Assembly (NCBI GenBank): GCA_965216465.1 | Contig: CBDCFW010000006.1 | Coordinates: 768,001-832,000, forward strand | Reading direction: 5' to 3' | From: Bacteroidia bacterium | GTDB lineage: Bacteria > Bacteroidota > Bacteroidia > NS11-12g > UBA9320 | DNA length: 64,000 nt | Shown: in pieces, positions 42,814 through 51,700 of the stretch | Numbering within the stretch: the first letter of the stretch is position 1 | Layout: the number at the start of each line of letters is the position of its first letter | Notes under the pieces: generated by a model | Told to the model about the DNA's origin: nothing | What the model saw: only the letters and a program-made list of their open reading frames with translations | Databases searched by the model: none | Position numbers and translations under genes: made by a program

Positions 42814-43255
42814 TGGGCTTAAAATGTTGATGAACAAATCGTTTCCAACCTTTTTTATTCTTGGACTCTACCGCCCAATGAAAGCCCAGTTCATCATCTG
42901 GCCAAAACGCTTGTCTGGCTAATCCAGCCGGCATTTCAGCTTCGAATCCAAAAGCATTTGGATGAATGTCGCTTACGTCAGCAAGGACACCTGTTGAATT
43001 CTTACCGTCAGAGGTAAATGACCAAAAACAAATTCTTTTACGGTTGTCCATTCCTATAATGGTATGATCGGTATACAGCTTATCTCCAAGATGCCATGTG
43101 ACATCCTGAATCAGATATTTATTGTCAAGGTCCAAACGGATTTCTCTGATGCACTGAGGGTTTGTCCGATCCTTGCTCCCAGGATTGCATACCCAATTTC
43201 CCAAAATAGGGTTAAAAAGTCCTAGCTTTCCTCTACCCTTTTTCCAGTTATTCAT
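42803..43255 (-). CDS. Hypothetical beta-rich protein
   Basis: 150-aa ORF; LGNW near N-terminus, FWSFTSDG; first gene after the 43305 palindrome. Confidence 0.7.
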   Translation of the reverse strand: MNNWKKGRGKLGLFNPILGNWVCNPGSKDRTNPQCIREIRLDLDNKYLIQDVTWHLGDKLYTDHTIIGMDNRKRICFWSFTSDGKNSTGVLADVSDIHPNAFGFEAEMPAGLARQAFWPDDELGFHWAVESKNKKGWKRFVHQHFKPNEK

Positions 43256-43304
43256 ACTACAATGATTTCTTTATACAATTCTACAGAATGAACGCTATTT
43301 GATT

Positions 43305-43320
43305 GTTGGTATATACCAAC
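43305..43320. promoter_or_regulatory. Perfect 16-bp palindrome, putative Crp/Fnr operator
   Basis: GTTGGTATATACCAAC abuts the stop codon of Crp/Fnr 43321-43899. Confidence 0.7.
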
Positions 43321-43899
43321 TTACCAGAATCGGTGGCTGTCTTGCGCACATTTGTTGTACAACTTGCTAAAATTAGTTGGATCAACATTGATGTAAGACG
43401 CCAGATATTTATGCGGCACTCTACTAAATAACTCCGGCCTCGACTTAATAAGTTGATCAAACCGCTCTTGGATAGTTAATACATGTTGATTCAAGAGCCT
43501 TTTTATTGTTGCCGACAGTACAGTCTCTAGTATTTTTCTATATGCTCGTTCTATGTCATGAGAAGCATCAAAAAGTTCATTTAGATCCTTGAAACTAATC
43601 ATTTCAATCTCAGTATTCTCAATGCAAATTATACTGAACATTGATTCCGTCTGATGGGCAAAAGAGTCTATGTCCACACACAAACGATTTAGATAGGCAA
43701 AATCAACAATTTCCCTAGCACCATCATTGTCTGAGAACATCATCACTGTACCTTTTTTGACCATTATTAGATTTAGTTGCACTTCCCCGTCGAGTAGCAC
43801 ATAGTCCCCTTTCTTAAATGACTCATTGACCAATTTTGCTTTAAACATAGCTCGGTCATCTGGCGAGATACTGGCATATAGAGCAAATAAATCAATCAT
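43321..43899 (-). CDS. Crp/Fnr family transcriptional regulator
   Basis: cNMP-binding-like N-domain (KKGDYVL..G), C-terminal HTH VPHKYLASYINVDPTNFSKL. Confidence 0.88.
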   Translation of the reverse strand: MIDLFALYASISPDDRAMFKAKLVNESFKKGDYVLLDGEVQLNLIMVKKGTVMMFSDNDGAREIVDFAYLNRLCVDIDSFAHQTESMFSIICIENTEIEMISFKDLNELFDASHDIERAYRKILETVLSATIKRLLNQHVLTIQERFDQLIKSRPELFSRVPHKYLASYINVDPTNFSKLYNKCAQDSHRFW

Positions 43900-44572
43900 C
43901 TTTCCTAGAAAGCAACTGGGTTATACTCGCTAAATGAGAAAACAAAACCAGAGGTACTACTACAGTAGGGAGCCAAACAAATGGAAAATACGTGACACCT
44001 ATGTTAGGTTGTTCATGTGATAACGCTTGAAAGCTTGTAGGAGCAGATAGAACCGCTATAGTTAAAATATTAATCAACAGGGCAAGGCAAATAAAATTCC
44101 AAACCAAAAGTCCCTTTCTCCCAACTTTTTTCAGCCTAAACACCAAGAAATAAACTACAGGAGCTGACAAACCTGAAAGGATATCATAATTCCACTTCTC
44201 AAATGTCATGAGATCTGGAATCAAACCTGCAAGAAATATTGCGTACAATATTAATTCTACTGGAATCCGAACAGCGTGCAAAATTGTTAAATATCGAAGG
44301 TCCAGCTGGCTTGCAAATGCTCTTCCTTTTCTGATGCAGATTAAAGCAATTACTAAGATGACTCCAGGACCCAAGAGAAAAACAAAACGAGGAGGAATTG
44401 CAGTCGTATTACTATAAAACCCCATTAAGCCTAAGAATGAGGTTAATATCATCCAAATAACTATACCAATTGCTAATTTTCTATTGCTTTTGGTTGCCTT
44501 AAAGAATAACCAAACTGTTGCCATCGTAGTAACGATAAAACCGATTTGGACGAATGCTGATACCTGGTCCAT
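43892..44572 (-). CDS. Hypothetical multi-TM membrane protein
   Basis: About 7 hydrophobic segments; HAVRIPVE, NYDILSG, PFVWLP. Confidence 0.75.
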   Translation of the reverse strand: MDQVSAFVQIGFIVTTMATVWLFFKATKSNRKLAIGIVIWMILTSFLGLMGFYSNTTAIPPRFVFLLGPGVILVIALICIRKGRAFASQLDLRYLTILHAVRIPVELILYAIFLAGLIPDLMTFEKWNYDILSGLSAPVVYFLVFRLKKVGRKGLLVWNFICLALLINILTIAVLSAPTSFQALSHEQPNIGVTYFPFVWLPTVVVPLVLFSHLASITQLLSRKDD

Positions 44573-44626
44573 ATATTTTTAATTATTTACGATGACAAAA
44601 ATGCCTTGTATATGGCAAAATTGAAC

Positions 44627-44640
44627 TTGACAAATGACAA
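44627..44640. promoter_or_regulatory. Imperfect palindrome, putative Crp/Fnr operator
   Basis: TTGACAAATGACAA (TTGwCA-nn-TGwCAA), 9 nt past the stop of Crp/Fnr 44650-45219. Confidence 0.6.
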
Positions 44641-44649
44641 TTAATAAAG

Positions 44650-45219
44650 TCAAACAATACTTCTTCTAATTCTGCTCAATGAACTGTCAGTTATTCCCAA
44701 GAAACTGGCAATGTGCTTTAGTGGAGTCGATTTAATGACTTCCGCCTGGGTGTCCAACAATCTTTGATACCGTTCGAGTGCTGTTTGTGTAATCATGGAA
44801 TAAATCCTCTTTTTAGATCGAATAAACTCTTTGACCAAAATGGCGCGTCCAAAATCTCGAAAGGCCGGTTTGTCATGAAACAAGGTATTGAGCTCATGAT
44901 ACGAAATCCGAAACCCTAAACAATCGGTCACAGCTTCAAGATAGATATGAGAAGGTTCACGATTGAAGAAAGAGGTGATTTCAAACGCAATGTTGTTAGA
45001 TGTGAAAAAATCGGTAGTTATTTGATCGCCTTCTAAATCATAGGCGAAGGTTCTTAAAACACCATACTGTAGAAAAATATAGTCATCTGAGACTTGCCCA
45101 GGTGCCAAAAGGAGATCTCCTTTTTTAGGATTAAATGGATGAAATTGGTTTGCGATATAAGCCGCCTCAACCGGTAGTATATCAACAGTATTCAAAATGA
45201 AATCTTTGAGTTTATTCAT
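44650..45219 (-). CDS. Crp/Fnr family transcriptional regulator
   Basis: KKGDLLL..G, G.LRTF, C-terminal HTH PLKHIASFLGITDSSLSRIR. Confidence 0.9.
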   Translation of the reverse strand: MNKLKDFILNTVDILPVEAAYIANQFHPFNPKKGDLLLAPGQVSDDYIFLQYGVLRTFAYDLEGDQITTDFFTSNNIAFEITSFFNREPSHIYLEAVTDCLGFRISYHELNTLFHDKPAFRDFGRAILVKEFIRSKKRIYSMITQTALERYQRLLDTQAEVIKSTPLKHIASFLGITDSSLSRIRRSIV

Positions 45220-45281
45220 AGCTATGTATTATAGGATTAAATCTAATTGAGTGGCAGTAAATATACCAAAAAAGGATACAG

Positions 45282-45340
45282 ACCTATTTAAGTATGAACT
45301 CCACCAACTTCAGCAAACTATACAACAGTATCAAAATAGG
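45282..45340 (+). pseudogene. Remnant of the C-terminal HTH of a third Crp/Fnr gene
   Basis: Translates as TYLSMNSTNFSKLYNSIKI, matching SYINVDPTNFSKLYNK of 43321-43899; in-frame stop upstream at 45258-45260. Confidence 0.7.
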
Positions 45341-45343
45341 ACT

Positions 45344-45357
45344 TTGGTCTAGACCAA
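45344..45357. promoter_or_regulatory. Perfect 14-bp palindrome, putative Crp/Fnr operator
   Basis: TTGGTCTAGACCAA right after the Crp remnant; same arms as 43306-43319. Confidence 0.7.
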
Positions 45358-45468
45358 GTTTTATGTTTTCAAAAACACAGATTTTTGTACTTGAAAAAGT
45401 TGGTATTGATTGTACGTCTTGCAACCAATACTTAACAGGCTTGATGCAATTACTAAGCTTAAAGAAAA

Positions 45469-46368
45469 ATGGAAACAGTAAAAAACCAAAGGTTAGATAG
45501 ATCAGAATATCCATTTGAATCAAACTACTTCACGGTAAATGGTCATCAACTGCACTACATCGATGAAGGAAGAGGGCAGCCCATTTTGTTTGTACATGGC
45601 ACCCCTTCCTGGAGTTTTGAGTATAGGAACCAAATAAAGTCTTTGAGCTCCGAGTATCGCTGTATTGCCATGGACCACATAGGATTCGGTTTGTCAGACA
45701 AGCCAAGCACATATGACTATTCAAGCCTGAATCACGCGCAATCATTAGAACGACTGATTCTAGAACTAGATTTATATGATATAATTTTTATTGTCCATGA
45801 CTTTGGTGGCCCAATTGGGATGAGTTTTGCCCTAAATTATCCGGATAGAATTGATAAGATTGTGGTCCTAAATTCTTGGCTTTGGAGCAGCGAACAAGAG
45901 CCAGAATTCAAAAAGTTAAGCAAAGTGATCCGCAGCCCATTGCTTCCATTTCTATACCGTAATTTCAATCTATCAGCAAAATATTTGTTGCCACGGTCTT
46001 TTGGAAAGAAAAAATTGCCAAGGAGCCTACTCAAGCAATACACACAGCCATTTCAAAATAGTAAACAAAGGAATGGGACTGTGGGATTTGCACAGTCCTT
46101 ACTAAATAATCAAGCTTGGTTTGAGGAATTGTGGATTAAGAAGAAATCACTAAAAGAAGTTCCGTTCTTATTCATTTGGGGAATGAATGATCAGTTTGTT
46201 CCAGGAAAGTTTTTGGACAAGTTTATGTCTGGATTTGACAAGGTCCAAGCTGTCAAAATTGAGTCATGTGGACACTTCCCACAGGAAGAGGAATCGGAGA
46301 TCGTTACTAAGTCCATATTTGACTTCATAAAAACGGATAGCAATGAAAATAACCCTCAGAAAAGCTAA
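45469..46368 (+). CDS. Alpha/beta hydrolase, haloalkane dehalogenase/OleB-like
   Basis: HYIDEG.G, HGTPSWSF, DHIGFGLSDKP, HDFGG (Asp nucleophile), GHFPQEE. Confidence 0.85.
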   Translation: METVKNQRLDRSEYPFESNYFTVNGHQLHYIDEGRGQPILFVHGTPSWSFEYRNQIKSLSSEYRCIAMDHIGFGLSDKPSTYDYSSLNHAQSLERLILELDLYDIIFIVHDFGGPIGMSFALNYPDRIDKIVVLNSWLWSSEQEPEFKKLSKVIRSPLLPFLYRNFNLSAKYLLPRSFGKKKLPRSLLKQYTQPFQNSKQRNGTVGFAQSLLNNQAWFEELWIKKKSLKEVPFLFIWGMNDQFVPGKFLDKFMSGFDKVQAVKIESCGHFPQEEESEIVTKSIFDFIKTDSNENNPQKS

Positions 46369-46858
46369 CTTATCAGATTTGCGACTGTTGCAATATTGGG
46401 ATCAACAGCAACATGTAATTGACTCTAATCCAGGTGGTGGATGGGACTGGGAAACCGAACTAAATCAAAATTGCGACTGGTGTATCCCATACATTTCAGA
46501 AATGGATGGTCAGGCAATTGGATTTCTCCAAATTGTTGATCCAGCAGGGGACCCCAGCAACTATTGGGGTATTCGTTCCATCGGGTACAGAGCAATAGAC
46601 ATCTGGATTGGGGAAGCCAACAATCTGAATATAGGCATTGGAACGATAATGATGAACATAGCCATTGCAAGATGTTTTGAAGACAAAAAAGTTACTTCAA
46701 TTTTGGTCGACCCCCTTTTTACTAATACCAAAGCGCAAAGATTTTACCAACGTCTTGGGTTTAAACACATTGAAACCAAAGTGTTAGGTGAAGATAAAAG
46801 TTGTGTTTATCGATTGGACAGACAGGACTGGAATGAACGCAGTGAAGAGATCCTATGA
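46343..46858 (+). CDS. GNAT acetyltransferase (AAC(6')-like subfamily)
   Basis: IGFLQ, AIDIWIGE...G.G, VDP...N..A.RFY.RLGF. Confidence 0.8.
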   Translation: MKITLRKANLSDLRLLQYWDQQQHVIDSNPGGGWDWETELNQNCDWCIPYISEMDGQAIGFLQIVDPAGDPSNYWGIRSIGYRAIDIWIGEANNLNIGIGTIMMNIAIARCFEDKKVTSILVDPLFTNTKAQRFYQRLGFKHIETKVLGEDKSCVYRLDRQDWNERSEEIL

Positions 46859-47418
46859 CAGATCAAGTTTTCATAGAAGATCGAATTAAAAGGGGCTATC
46901 AAGCACTGGACAAGGTCAATCATGAACTGTCTAAATTGAATAGAAATCAGCTGAACTGGAAACCTAACACTGAGACATGGAGTATTGCTGAGTGTCTGAA
47001 TCATCTAATCATTGCAGATGGCTTATATTTTGAGGACTTTTCTGCTATTGGTCGTAATGAATATGAAATGAGTTTATGGGAACTGCACAGTCCATTTACT
47101 CATCTGTTTGGCAAAACATTAATAAATCAGATGAAAGAGAAGGTAACAATACCATTAAAAACTCACAAAATCCTTAAACCACCTTTAACCAATTATGAAA
47201 CAAAAATTGTAGAAAATTACACATCAAGCCTAAGACATTTAATTAATCTTGTCTCGGTCTGTAATCATATTGATTTAGGTAAAGTTATAATTAGCTCTCC
47301 AACAATCAAGTGGATAACATACAGTTTTAGGGACGCTTTGGAGTTCCTATTTGAACATGAACACAGACATATAAATCAAGCCATCCGACTAAAGTCTGAA
47401 GAAGGTTTTCCTACATAA
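46855..47418 (+). CDS. DinB family protein
   Basis: LNWKP..ETWSIAECLNHL, HEHRHINQA. Confidence 0.85.
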   Translation: MTDQVFIEDRIKRGYQALDKVNHELSKLNRNQLNWKPNTETWSIAECLNHLIIADGLYFEDFSAIGRNEYEMSLWELHSPFTHLFGKTLINQMKEKVTIPLKTHKILKPPLTNYETKIVENYTSSLRHLINLVSVCNHIDLGKVIISSPTIKWITYSFRDALEFLFEHEHRHINQAIRLKSEEGFPT

Positions 47419-47587
47419 TGATTGAGGTTCGGCCGCATTTGATATTTGAAATAATAGTTCTACACTCTAGTTAACAATGCCCGTCATGCAGATGCTTTGA
47501 TTAAATGATTTTCATGAACCTCCAATGGACATCAAGCAAAACCGAAACACTATAATACGCTGATATTCTGTATCTTTTAGGATTCTT

Positions 47588-48715
47588 TTAATTTCTGTAT
47601 TGAAGAGAACCATCTTCGTCAATGTATTTAATCTTTTCAAACACCACATAATCCCCAGGTACCAGCTTTTTTAAAGCTGCAATAGCAGAATCCCGAATGT
47701 GTGTTCCTGATTGACTTATAAGCTGAGCATCACCTTTTTTCGGAACAAATATGAAAAGCAAAGATTGGATGGAAACTTTTGATGATACAATGCAACCCGC
47801 TTTGTTTTGTAGTAGTTGTTGAACAATATCATCAATAAGACTTAAGCTAATTGAATCGATTGTTTCAATGTCAATTTGAAGTCCACAGGGCAAATCTTCA
47901 ACTATTTTAAATTCAACCCCTGAAGAGGTATAATATTCATTGTTTTTGAGGTAATGGAAATGGCTTAGACGCACAAGATCACCACTATTCAAGTTCTTTA
48001 GATTATCAATTAACTTTGACTTATCTGTCTGCGGATTAACAGATAGAGCTGCCTGAAATATGTTTAGTATTTGGTTGTTAATTGTTGTTCTTGACCCGAT
48101 GATAACTTTAACTTGTGTTGAAGAATCGGCCCATTCTAGTTGCTTTGTACACGAATTGTAACCCAACGAATCGGAAACTAGTGCTATTAATTCCTCCTTT
48201 GTAATATTTCGCGTATAGTGATATTTTTTCGGAAACAAGCTCCAACATGGATCCGTTTTTGCGTAAACGAGTGAATCTATGACCAATGTGAATCCAGAGG
48301 TTTGATAAAGCACACCATCCAATTCGTATTGAATGTTTGAGAACAGAATTTTTTCGTACGATTTGGCGTTTTGAATGGATTCAACCAAACTGCTCAAGTA
48401 TGGAGTTTGAAAGCTTCCATCTGTAATCGGAAAAGTTCCAGTTGGTTTATCGGAAATATCGAAGAAGGTGACAGTAAAATTCTTGGCATATATTGTATCA
48501 TCAATGTGGTTATAACAAGAATTCTGAGTAAACCATATTCGATTCAAATTGAGTAGTTCTTCTGTGCTAATGATTTGCACCTTAGATGTGTCGTCGAATG
48601 GTAAATGACATTCATCAGCAATAGGAACTAAAGGGTACTCAATTTTTGCTTCAATTTGTGCATTAGATCCTAAAAATGAGACAAAAGGGAAAGCAAGTAG
48701 GAAGAATCTCTTCAT
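47588..48715 (-). CDS. Secreted protein with three GldM-C-like repeats, C-terminus apparently truncated
   Basis: Signal peptide; three ~120-aa two-Cys units ending IQNAKSYEKILFSNIQY / LKNLNSGDLVRLSHFHY / LKKLVPGDYVVFEKIKY. Confidence 0.6.
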   Translation of the reverse strand: MKRFFLLAFPFVSFLGSNAQIEAKIEYPLVPIADECHLPFDDTSKVQIISTEELLNLNRIWFTQNSCYNHIDDTIYAKNFTVTFFDISDKPTGTFPITDGSFQTPYLSSLVESIQNAKSYEKILFSNIQYELDGVLYQTSGFTLVIDSLVYAKTDPCWSLFPKKYHYTRNITKEELIALVSDSLGYNSCTKQLEWADSSTQVKVIIGSRTTINNQILNIFQAALSVNPQTDKSKLIDNLKNLNSGDLVRLSHFHYLKNNEYYTSSGVEFKIVEDLPCGLQIDIETIDSISLSLIDDIVQQLLQNKAGCIVSSKVSIQSLLFIFVPKKGDAQLISQSGTHIRDSAIAALKKLVPGDYVVFEKIKYIDEDGSLQYRN

Positions 48716-51700
48716 CTACCTTACTAACGTAATTGTACCACTATAAGTGTATTCTTTATCGTTTAGTGCAATGACCTTCAATTGGTAAGCATACACATCT
48801 TGTTGAGCTGGTAGTCCTTTATAAGTACCATCCCACTTCTTGTCTTTTTCAGTGGTTTGGAACATGATCTCACCCCATCTGTTGAAGATGATAAGATCCA
48901 TAGTTTTCTCACCGCTGATGATGGCGTGGAAGCCTTCATTTTGACCTGGTCCTGAATTGTCAGGAGTAAAGGCGTTCGGAATGTATACGATCAAGTCTGG
49001 ACCAACAACTACTGGGTGGTAGAACGAGTCTTTACATCCGTAGTTTGTGGTTACAACTAACTTCACGTGGTAAGTAGCTGTATCTGCAGAATAGAAGTAT
49101 GAAGGATCTTTTTCTGTAGACTTATCACCGCTTCTGTTGTTGAAGTCATCAAAATCCCAGAAGTGATCAGTAATTGTACTTCCTAACACATTAGGTACTG
49201 TACTTTGATCAGTGAAGTAGAATCGAGGCAGAGCCGCTGTAGTGTAGTTGTTCGGATTAGGAACAAAGTCTGCAGTTGGCAATGGATATACATCAATACT
49301 CGAGTTAAATACTGCTACACAACCTTTATCAGAGGTAAGGGTAAGTGTAACATTATTTGTACCGTCAGTGGTATAAGTTGCTGTAGGCGTAGGGCTGTTT
49401 GAAGTACTACCTTCACCCATGGTCCAAGCATAGTTTGCAGTATTAGGATTAACCTTGTTGTTGATTTGAACAGCAAAGTCAGAAGTTACTGGGTTACACC
49501 CGTTCGGGTTAGAAGGGATGATATCCGCCTCAGGAATAGGGTTAACCACGATGTCGAATGCGTCATCAACATCAGAACAAGAACCTAATCCAGTTGCAAG
49601 AACAATTACTCTGAATGTTTCAGCAGAATCGGTAATTAAATCGATGTCTACATCAACAGATTGATCATCGCCAGCTAAGGTATAACGGTCTTTGTTCCCA
49701 AACAGGTCGGTACTGTAGTAACCCACACCACCGTGGTTTGAAGCATTGATACCAAAGTTTAGGTCAAGGGCCATTTGTCCGTCAGGTCTACAGAAAACAG
49801 TATCGTTAGGAACACTCAAAATAGGTAGAGGTTCAACCACAGCACTAATCGAGTCAACATTTTGACAGCCAGTAGAAGGGCTAGTATAGTTGTAATAGAA
49901 CCAGATGTCAGAACTGTGAACTGTAGCATTACCTGGGCTAAAGCTGTTTCCGCCAACAATAGCACTCGGGTCAGTACTGGTCCAAGTACCACCAGTAGGA
50001 TTCACATTTAAAGGAACATCAGCCATATCCTCACAGTAACGAGGAGGTTGACGATCAAATGGATCAATGGTAATGGTCGGCAATGGATTGATTATCAAAA
50101 TCGTATCGTTGATTACCGGACAACCCGTTGAAGTGTGCGTATATCTTAGGTAGTATTCACCACCGTTTGTATTACTGTTAAAGGTATTGATAGAGTCAGC
50201 AGACAAACCACCAAGGTTGGTGATGTTGCTGTAAGTGGTTCCACCAATAGTTGTATCGTTAACAACAGACCACACACCATCGGTAAGGTTTACACCTGAT
50301 TGAAGGTTCAAAGAAACCTCTCCATCATTCCAGCAAAGTGGATCCATTTGAGAGAAGGTAATCGTTGGAACTCTCCAGATTTGCATAGAAACAGTGTCTT
50401 TACTTCTACAACCTCTTTCGTTCACGTAAGTAAACTCAAGAACAATCGTGTCTTTATCTGGATTTTCAAGCGTGTAGTAATCTTCACCAATTCTAAGACG
50501 ATAATCTGTAATACCAGCAACAAGACCGCTATCAACTAACATATTACTGAAGTCGTTTCCGTTACAGTCTAAGCACTTCCAAGAAGGAGTACCCAAGTAA
50601 GTAGCAGGAGAAACAACCACTGCGTCTTTTAGAGTCACCTCTTCAGCATCCTGACAGAATACAGTTTCATTTAGATAGGTATTTGGCAATGCATCTACCT
50701 GAATTTGTAGTGAGTCAGAGTTATAACATCCTGTAGTAGGGTCAGTGTAACCGTAAGTTACATAAGTTCTTACATTGGTTGCAGGAGCATTGATTAAACC
50801 ACAAGCACTATCAGTAAAGAAGGTGTTAGCGTTAACCAGGAATGGGAATTCCCAACAAGACCATGAACCACCTGTAGGACTGTTAATGTCGAAGTTCATT
50901 GAAATCGGACCGTAGTCACAACATACTTGTTTATCACCTTTGATATCTATTACAGGCAGAGGATTTACCGTTACCAGAATGGAATCGGCATCGTAACATT
51001 CTACTCCTCCTTCAGTCACATACAAGTCGAGTTGATACTCTGTTGTGGTTTGAGCTGGGAAGTCGTAATTCGAATTCGTGCCCAGCAGCAATCTCGGCAG
51101 CGAGGTTATATCGTACCATCGATAGAGTCCACTCTTACCATTGCCCATGGTATCTAGACCACCAGCAGCCAGTCGTACCGTGTCATCGAAACAATGAATT
51201 TGATCTGGGCCAGCATCGGCAGTTACAGTGTCGTTAACAAATAGGAATAAAGTATCAGTATCGAAACAGCCAAGGCTATCATAAACTTTCAATACATATT
51301 CACCACGTACATTGATAGTTACACTATCGTCATAGCTGAATGGAATCGCACCACCATTGAGGTACCATTCTTTCCAAAGTGTGTCACCTTGACGGATAGT
51401 ATCCATCAAAATTCTATCAACCCAGTAGGCCGTATCGTATGAAGGAATAATCAATGTGCTGTCATACGTACACAGCCTGATATCAGGCCCTAAATGAGCT
51501 TGCGGATTTTCTTTCAAGAATACTTGAATGGTGTCTTCAGAAGTACATCCTGTTTGATCGGTAATAATGATGCTTACCGCTGTATCAACTTGATTTGCAG
51601 GCACTTGAATTTCAAAGAACTCTAAGGTGTCAGCAAAATTGGATGTTACATTAAACTGGAAATCACCATCATCTGTTACTCCCATGGTACTCCATTGGTA

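Larger units (their letters stand above)
41675..47604. mobile_element. Putative ~5.9-kb integrase-less genomic island bounded by GTATTGAA direct repeats
   Basis: GTATTGAA at 41675-41682 and 47597-47604; joining the flanks restores an ORF C-terminus and a GGTTCTC/GAGAACC palindrome; accessory-type cargo. Confidence 0.65.

Noticed and set aside
45294-45500. 68-aa ORF (and antisense 45284-45523) as a real gene
   Set aside because: Its start is the Crp HTH remnant; the rest runs through the operator and promoter and overlaps the hydrolase out of frame
46343-46858. Calling the GNAT a bona fide aminoglycoside resistance gene
   Set aside because: Only subfamily-level motifs are visible; substrate cannot be inferred
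41708-47437. TGCGGCC (41708-41714) / GGCCGCA (47431-47437) as terminal inverted repeats of a transposon
   Set aside because: Only 7 bp, placed asymmetrically relative to the direct repeats, and no transposase present
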